64,000 nucleotides of DNA. It comes from a bacterium. GTDB taxonomy: Bacteria; Electryoneota; JAOADG01. Below the pieces are notes generated by a model that had not been told where the DNA came from, did not search any database, and was given only the letters and a program-made list of their open reading frames with translations. Shown piece after piece: positions 58,261 through 64,000 of the stretch. A program made the position numbers and the translations under genes. The stretch spans positions 1,530,882 through 1,594,881 of the forward strand of contig OY820579.1 in the NCBI GenBank assembly GCA_963681965.1. The letters run 5' to 3'. The first letter of the stretch is position 1. Each line of letters opens with the position of its first letter.

Positions 58261-58593
58261 TTAAAAAACCGGTAGTAACTCTCGTTTAATTGCACGGGAC
58301 CGACCGATGGTTTTGGAGATTGCTCTGGCGGCACGATCGATTGCCAGATCGACTGATTTCAACAGTTCGCTGCTGATGTTTTCAACAAAAACATTGCTGT
58401 TGGATTTTAATCGTACTTCCATCCGACAACTTTTGTCTTCACCCCCCCGGGTACCGTTGAAATTGATCAGTTGGATTGTAACTCGGAGTATGTGTCCGGC
58501 ATATTTCTTTAGTTTGTTCTGGATCATCGTTTCGATCCGAATTCGGGTCGAATCATCCATATTGATGTGCAAGTTACGAATGTAGATCTGCAT
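58261..58593 (-). CDS. hpf: Ribosome hibernation promoting factor / RaiA family protein
   Basis: 110 aa. MQIYIRNLHINMDDSTRIRIETMIQNKLKKYAGHILRVTIQL fits the HPF/YfiA N-terminal pattern, followed by a DLAIDRAARAI helix. Confidence 0.65.
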   Translation of the reverse strand: MQIYIRNLHINMDDSTRIRIETMIQNKLKKYAGHILRVTIQLINFNGTRGGEDKSCRMEVRLKSNSNVFVENISSELLKSVDLAIDRAARAISKTIGRSRAIKRELLPVF

Positions 58594-59320
58594 ATCTTTC
58601 TCCTCTGAAAATCGCGCTAGTTTTGTTTGAACGCAGATAACAACACTAGGTTCCCAAGAAAATTTTGAACTCTACGGAAACAGAAAACCGCTTTCAATGA
58701 TTAGATGTTATCGTCGATAAAATCGTTGCGTTTGTTGAATAACTCTTTCTAAAGGTGTGAACTGCAACACATGATTTCATCGGTTGTATCTTGTCAATTC
58801 ATTAGTTCGATTTTGATCCTGATGAATATTTGTACCTATCCATATACCAGTTCTTCGCCGCGTAAAGCGAAAACATCAGGTTACATTCGATGGTCTTGAA
58901 TACTGAAAATTCTCTAAAAAAATTCAATTAGTGCTGATCGGCTTGATTCGAAAGCTTTCGCTCGATGTGAATGATCGAGCTGTAAGTTTTTTCAATGAAC
59001 TCGCTTAAATGGAATTAAAACCGATAGATAGAGTGAATCAGTCACTCGTCACTAAAAGTACGGAAACCAGCATGCACTTTTGCTAGGATTATTGAAAATT
59101 TGTATTTTTTTTCTCATTCTAATTAAGTGTATGATTGGTATGAATTAAGATTGAATTTCGAAATTATGTATAGAATAAGGCAATGTGTTGCTATTCACAT
59201 AATTTGCTCATAGATCGAAAAACGATTTTTATTTTTGCTTGTTTACAAATTGAGACACTTGTCAAAAATCGTTACATTATGCCGTCTAGTATTAGTTTGT
59301 TCAATCCTACGGAGATCATT

Positions 59321-61507
59321 ATGAAGCAAAATGTTATCGTTGGCTTGGTGATGCTTCTTACAGTAGTATTGGCCGGATTAGGTTTTGCCTATCCGCGCAC
59401 AGTACTAATGGAAGACTACACCAACTACTCTTGACCTTACTGCGCGACGGGTCATAATTGGCTCGTTCCATACCTTGCGGGGCAAGGTAGTGTCCAATAC
59501 ATCCAATATCACGAAAATTATCCGGGTCCCAATGATCCGTGGTATCTCGCCAATACTCCTCAAGCCGATTCATTGCGTTCCACTTATGGCGTAACCGGTT
59601 ACCCGACTTATGCGATTGATGGTACGACGATTGTCGGATTCGGTCTCTCATCGACTCCCAACACGATCACAACCCGAGTTAATACCCGGTTGGCGATTGC
59701 GTCACCAGTGTGGTTGAAGGTATCGATGGATCCGACCACGAACGATACGATTATCGTGACAGTAAAGGCTGTGGCGAGTTCAGCGATTACGAACAGCTCG
59801 CTGAAGATTTACTTGACCGAAACCCTGGAAACATGGGCAACCCCGGCACCGAATGGTGTGAACCGTTGGGAATTCCCGTTCGTATCGGCTTCACCCTCGG
59901 TAGCCGGAATTGCATTTACCCATACCGGTACTACGACCGATACACTGACCTTTACCGCCCGGTTTGCACCACGAAGAACTGGTACGGAACCTTATAACAA
60001 GGATAGTTGCAGCGTGATTGCATTCGTGCAGAATAATACTTCACACGAAGTATACCAGTCTGCCCGATGCCACACCATCGTGTCACCGACCAATAACCGA
60101 ACCTATTTGATCGGTACTGCACTCCCGATTATCTGGAATCCATACTATACTACCGACATCATGAACATTCTGATCAATCGGAGTTATCCGTCTGGCACTT
60201 GGGACACCATCGCTGCCAATATTCCGAACTCAGGATATTTCGATTGGACTGCTACCGGACCGATCACCTACAACGCGCGTCTACTGGTGAAATCGACAAC
60301 GCATCCGCTCAATGTCGATACTTCGATCATCACGATAACCAGTAATACTACTTTGCAAGTGTCACCGAATCCTATTTCGATGACTGTCGCTGCTGGCGAT
60401 ACAGTGCGTACTAACGTACTGATCTCGAACAATGGGAGCGCGCCGTTTACCGGTACGCTTGCCGCGACTACTGGATCACTAGGTTATACTTCACTCTCTT
60501 CATCACAAGCGTATGGTCCTGAAGTAGGCTGGTACGACACGGAAGCCGGGGATCCGGGAGCGCACGGCGACGATTCATTATCGGGACCTTATGTGCTGCC
60601 ATTCAGATTCCCGTTCTACGGTACGAATTATACCAACGTCTATATGTGCACCAACGGATATCTCTGCTTCTCAACGGCAGTTGGAGCGTTGTATACAAAT
60701 GCATCGCTTCCATCCGGTTATCCGATGATTTGCCCGTACTGGGACGACTTTGTCGTTAGCGGTACGGCTGTTACCCAAGTCTATGTAGATGCCGATAGTG
60801 GTTATGCCATTTTCTCTTGGCAGAATGTGCCGCGATACGTGACAAGTGGTTCAGGTGGTAACTTCAATTTTGAAGCGATCCTTCGTTCCGACGGTACAGT
60901 TGAATTCCAGTATGATGTGTTAACTGGAACCCTCAACTCGGCTACAATCGGTATTTCGAATGGTACCATTGCCACGCAGGTGATTTACAATCAGACTGCC
61001 ACGCAGTACTTCGCATACAAATTCACTCCCGGTGTGATTTGGTCGTCACCAAGTACTACGGTGTTGAGCATTCCGGTCGGTCAGAGCCAAACGATCAGCA
61101 CACTGTTTGACGCGCGGCGGTTGACTGCCGGTCAGACATTGAATGGTACATGGGTGATCACAGGTAACATGGCAGCTTCGATTACCGTGCCAGTTTCTAT
61201 TATCACTACCGCGACTGGCGTTGCTGAAAACGGAGCAATGGTTCATCGTTACAATCTTGAAAATGCATATCCCAATCCGTTTAACCCGACAACATCGATT
61301 CGCTACGAGATTCCGCGTGCCGATCGAGTTGTGCTGAAACTATACGACAGTAACGGTCGATTGGTCGAAACACTGTTTGATGGAACCAGCATTGCGGGGA
61401 AACATACTCAAATGATCGATGCAACCAAGCTTGCATCGGGTATGTATTTTGTCAAGATGAATTCTGGCAATTTTAACGCTACTAAGAAAATTATGTTAGT
61501 GAAGTAA
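59321..61507 (+). CDS. T9SS-sorted thioredoxin-fold (Omp28-like) surface protein with one in-frame TGA (59432-59434) at the first Cys of its CxxC motif; candidate selenoprotein, alternatively a nonsense pseudogene
   Basis: GGAGA RBS and ATG 59321, giving signal peptide MKQNVIVGLVMLLTVVLAGLGFA. ORFs 59183..59434 and 59573..61507 are in the same frame, with no other stop. Read-through gives EDYTNYS-U-PYCATG...YGVTGYPTYAIDG. The C-terminus YPNPFNPTTSIRYEI..KIMLVK is a T9SS sorting domain. Confidence 0.7.
59471..59489 (+). other. Stable hairpin downstream of the in-frame TGA (candidate SECIS-like element)
   Basis: UACCUUGC-GGG-GCAAGGUA: 8-bp perfect stem and an all-G triloop. The stem base is 36 nt and the loop 44 nt after the TGA. 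Confidence 0.3.
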
Positions 61508-61524
61508 GCTTAGTAGTATCACAT

Positions 61525-61560
61525 AAAAAAACGGAACCTCAGTGAGGTTCCGTTTTTTTT
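61525..61560. terminator. Bidirectional rho-independent terminator
   Basis: A7, then ACGGAACCTC-AGT-GAGGTTCCGT (10-bp perfect stem), then T8. Starts 18 nt after the stop at 61507. Confidence 0.85.
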
Positions 61561-61620
61561 CTATCAATTTCTTTGGTCGGGGCGTTCTTAGCGTCTGCTC
61601 GTTCAGTGGTCGAAACGTAT

Positions 61621-61757
61621 TCCGCTTCCCTCTTGTATCTTGATTTGTCGTTGCGAGGAACGAAGTGTAGTAACATGCGAAGCATTTACGAAACGTAGAG
61701 ACGATGCAATCTCCGCTTGTATCTAGTATCCTGATATGTTATTGCGAGTGACGACAG
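61621..61757. repeat. Two copies of the TTGTATCT..TTGCGAGGAACGA intergenic repeat family
   Basis: CTTGTATCTTGATTTGTCGTTGCGAGGAACGAAG (61632-61665) and CTTGTATCTAGTATCCTGATATGTTATTGCGAGTGACGACAG (61716-61757). Related copies are at 10275-10308 and 12724-12790 (+) and at 12921-12943 (-). Confidence 0.75.
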
Positions 61758-61784
61758 CTTATAGTTGACAGGAACAGATTCCAG

Positions 61785-62447
61785 TCAGCACCCTTCCTTT
61801 TTCTTCTTGCCGCCACTTGCTGCTGGTGCGGATGAACCACCACCACTTGGCATCGGCTTCGGAGGTTCCATTTTCGGAGTTGTGGCTGGATTGCTTCCGG
61901 TTTGTGGAGTTCCACCGAAGAACTTACTCACTTCGCTCATTTTAGTGAATTCTGATTGTTGTTGTGTCGTTGCATTCACCGCAATCTTTGGAAATAAGAT
62001 ACGGTCATTCCACTCTTCCAGACCTCCGAAAAGAATATAGACCGCTTTATATCCTTTCGACCGCAGTAGGAACCATGCTTGTGCCGAATGGATCCCCCCT
62101 TCGGAATAAAGTACGAGCTTCTCAGTATGCGAGAAATTAGCGTCGGTAATTTTCGCCGTCGGAATATTCTCGGAAGTCGGAATGTGATAGTCACGGTATT
62201 CTTGTTCCGATCGCAGATCGATCAATCGGTAGTCTGCACTCCTCTTCATTATCCAATCGGTGAGTTCGGTTACATCGATATGATCGACTTTGTTGTCTAC
62301 TATCATTGCCAGTTCTTTTGCATCGATTGTTACCGAAGTACCGTGATAAGGATTTCCCGCAAATACCGCCAATAATCCCAAAGTAAAAGCTAATAGCGCG
62401 AGTTTACGGTTGCGTGAAAGCGATTTCCAGAAAGTCATTTTGACCAT
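61785..62447 (-). CDS. Membrane-anchored rhodanese-like domain protein (active-site Cys replaced by Ser)
   Basis: Rhodanese pattern: IDLRSEQEYRDYHIP..LVLYSEGGIHSAQAWFLLRSKGY..LFGGLEEW. The loop position normally holding Cys is TCC (Ser). Pro/Gly/Ser-rich C-terminal tail. Confidence 0.65.
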   Translation of the reverse strand: MVKMTFWKSLSRNRKLALLAFTLGLLAVFAGNPYHGTSVTIDAKELAMIVDNKVDHIDVTELTDWIMKRSADYRLIDLRSEQEYRDYHIPTSENIPTAKITDANFSHTEKLVLYSEGGIHSAQAWFLLRSKGYKAVYILFGGLEEWNDRILFPKIAVNATTQQQSEFTKMSEVSKFFGGTPQTGSNPATTPKMEPPKPMPSGGGSSAPAASGGKKKKEGC

Positions 62448-62465
62448 CCTTGTAGCTATCGAAGA

Positions 62466-63056
62466 TTATTTCGCAAATTTATTTTCGACCCATTCCGCAC
62501 CGGCAAAACCACCAATCGCCATGAGGACTACAGCGAATACTAGTACTCCGTAAGGGATATTGAGTAGCTGCGATAAGGTGATTTGTCCCATCGAAGTCGA
62601 ATTGTAGAACGATTCCAACATCGGGAACATTTCACCGAAAACGAATATTCCGAAGAATATTCCCAGCAGATAAATCATCCCATCGATTTTTCCCGTTGCT
62701 GCTGCAACGCATGATGTACCTGGACAATATCCACCAATCACGAATCCAATACCGAGTATCAATCCACCGATCGTCTGAGGAAGGATGTATGTAGGTGTCA
62801 AATACACTTGCGATAAATCCATGAAGCCGATCCACGAGAGCCAGAAAATGCCCAGCATCGCAGTAATGATTGCGGTAAACATTACTTTGAATACGGTCAA
62901 GTCGGTAAAGTAGAATTGAGCAGCTAACTTACGACCACTGCCGAATCCGGCGCGTTCCAGAAAGAAACCGAAACCAATTCCGATAGCAAATGCGAGAATT
63001 AAACTAACTTCATCGTTGAACATTCCGAATTTGTAAAAGGGTGCGTTCATTTCCAC
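62466..63056 (-). CDS. YeeE/YedE family (sulfur-transport domain) membrane protein
   Basis: Multi-TM protein of 196 aa with the GGYCPGTS motif. Confidence 0.75.
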   Translation of the reverse strand: MEMNAPFYKFGMFNDEVSLILAFAIGIGFGFFLERAGFGSGRKLAAQFYFTDLTVFKVMFTAIITAMLGIFWLSWIGFMDLSQVYLTPTYILPQTIGGLILGIGFVIGGYCPGTSCVAAATGKIDGMIYLLGIFFGIFVFGEMFPMLESFYNSTSMGQITLSQLLNIPYGVLVFAVVLMAIGGFAGAEWVENKFAK

Positions 63057-63613
63057 TGTCTCCTCATGAAGTATGCCATCGCATAAGCACCGGTAAATAC
63101 CATCATCATAAACGACCAGCTCCCGACATTCAGTACCGATCCGCCGGTGAGTGCTTGTCCGCTAGTACATCCCCGTGCCAACTTGGCTCCGAATCCCATC
63201 AGCGAACCGCCGATGAACGCAAAAATCAATCGTCCGGCAATCGAGATATGCGGTCCTTTCTCGACTCCTTTCCGTACCCGATTGGCTAATACACCCGAGA
63301 AAAATCCTCCGACAAACACGCCCAACACCTCGAATACCAACCAATCTTTGAATGGGCTTTTCGATCCGTCACCGAGGTACTCGGAATAGAATCCATTACC
63401 GGAAGCATGAGCAGGCGCTAGTTTACTGATCGTTACCGAGGTGGCGGTCGAGAATGCACCGGAGGCTCCCAAGCCGCGACCCATGATGACATAGGAAAGC
63501 AATAGCACTAACCCCAAACCGATTCCGGCGAGATAAGGATTCCAATACGGTTGAGCGACTCGTTCGACAGTCGTCTTAATAGTACTGGTAGTAGTTGTCG
63601 TTGATGAAGCCAT
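63047..63613 (-). CDS. YeeE/YedE family (sulfur-transport domain) membrane protein
   Basis: Multi-TM protein of 188 aa with the ARGCTSGQ motif. 10-nt overlap with the downstream paralog. Confidence 0.75.
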   Translation of the reverse strand: MASSTTTTTSTIKTTVERVAQPYWNPYLAGIGLGLVLLLSYVIMGRGLGASGAFSTATSVTISKLAPAHASGNGFYSEYLGDGSKSPFKDWLVFEVLGVFVGGFFSGVLANRVRKGVEKGPHISIAGRLIFAFIGGSLMGFGAKLARGCTSGQALTGGSVLNVGSWSFMMMVFTGAYAMAYFMRRQWK

Positions 63614-63655
63614 ATCATTGCTCCCGCGATGTATCGCGATAGATGATTCCTGATA

Positions 63656-64000
63656 TTAATGAAATAAATTTACATGATTGTGTATTGTGTTGATCCAGCT
63701 ACTCTGCTGCCCGGCAGATACAATAATGAATCGTAAAAATAGACCGCCTAATATTACCGTGACCGGTGCAATTGCTGTATGATTCACTTTGTGATTGACT
63801 GCAAGCAACTGAATAATGAGTGGAATGACAATACCTATTCCCACCACGAGCACCCAAAATGGTGCAGCAAACGAACCATTCAACAATAAATGTGCTGCGG
63901 CTTGATGAGCCTGTGTCGAACTGAGCAATCCTATCAGATAAAGACCCAATACAATCAATTCGAAAATTAAAAAACCATTGTCGGCTTTCGCCAGTAACTC
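63656..64000 (-). CDS. NrfD/PsrC-like integral membrane subunit, C-terminal part (the 5' end lies beyond the right window edge)
   Basis: The frame stays open from 63656 to 64000 (ELLAKADNGFLIFELIVLGLYLIG..FAAPFWVLVVGIGIVIPLIIQLL..). The TTG start in the track is only the first start-like codon inside the window. Confidence 0.45.
   Translation of the reverse strand, partial: ELLAKADNGFLIFELIVLGLYLIGLLSSTQAHQAAAHLLLNGSFAAPFWVLVVGIGIVIPLIIQLLAVNHKVNHTAIAPVTVILGGLFLRFIIVSAGQQSSWINTIHNHVNLFH

Noticed and set aside
58959-58991. Hairpin GCTCGAT-N7-ATCGAGC followed by T6 in the long 58594-59320 intergenic region (possible orphan terminator or sRNA end)
   Set aside because: The T-run is separated from the stem by 6 nt, the stem is only 7 bp, and no upstream plus-strand gene or promoter can be supported from sequence alone.
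59178-59192. Sigma-54-like AGGCAATGTGTTGCT upstream of the U-x-x-C gene
   Set aside because: The GG-to-GC spacing is one nucleotide shorter than the strict -24/-12 geometry, and the T of TGG is missing.
59432-59434. Genome-wide TGA reassignment (Trp or Gly) as the explanation for the in-frame TGA
   Set aside because: TGA ends well-conserved genes at the expected C-termini (for example gcdH at 16043-16045 and the HlyD adaptor at 25118-25120), and no other conserved gene in the window carries an internal TGA.

Overview
64-kb bacterial chromosomal segment of moderate GC. T9SS C-terminal sorting domains, tandem ~800-aa FtsX/MacB-type permeases and a sigma-54 enhancer-binding regulator suggest an FCB-superphylum-like organism (inference). 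I saw no rRNA, tRNA or CRISPR array. Left to right: (1) a giant multiheme c-type cytochrome on the minus strand (ATG at 3590, open to the left edge). It is absent from the ORF track because its stop lies outside the window. I counted 48 in-frame CXXCH motifs in 16 triheme modules, and the last four modules are phase-exact 225-nt tandem repeats. (2) Housekeeping and envelope genes: degenerate 3-hydroxyacyl-CoA dehydrogenase-like gene, double ABC ATPase, waaA, GT9, polyprenyl synthase, smpB. (3) A repeat-rich zone where an SBBP/T9SS surface-protein gene is broken by an in-frame TAA, a ~1.7-kb block of hairpin repeats plus a 1,061-bp IS (33-bp TIRs, 8-bp duplication), and a frameshift. (4) gcdH, a methyltransferase, ppx/gppA, a secreted multidomain protein, tyrS. 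(5) A small accessory island: IS1595-like remnant, orphan secreted protein whose 3' end is capped by an IS5-family element (TTAA duplication), and a paralogous gene fragment. (6) A HlyD/ABC/small-ORF/2x FtsX export operon behind a good sigma-54 promoter, followed by its likely sigma-54 response regulator and histidine kinase. (7) An ECF sigma/anti-sigma/lipoprotein operon. (8) A TetR-EmrA-EmrB-TolC-MFP-RND efflux supercluster. (9) ygiD, a large hybrid histidine kinase, an alpha/beta hydrolase, fabH, a glutathionylspermidine-synthase-like/DUF1190 pair, DUF3795, a CDF transporter, DUF4097, HPF. (10) A T9SS-sorted thioredoxin-fold protein with a single in-frame TGA at the first Cys of its CxxC motif, a candidate surface-exported selenoprotein. 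(11) A rhodanese-like gene, two YeeE/YedE genes and an NrfD-like fragment. The two top candidates for novelty are the cytochrome and the U-x-x-C protein. Several start codons were moved relative to the track, based on signal peptides, RBS and homolog N-termini.
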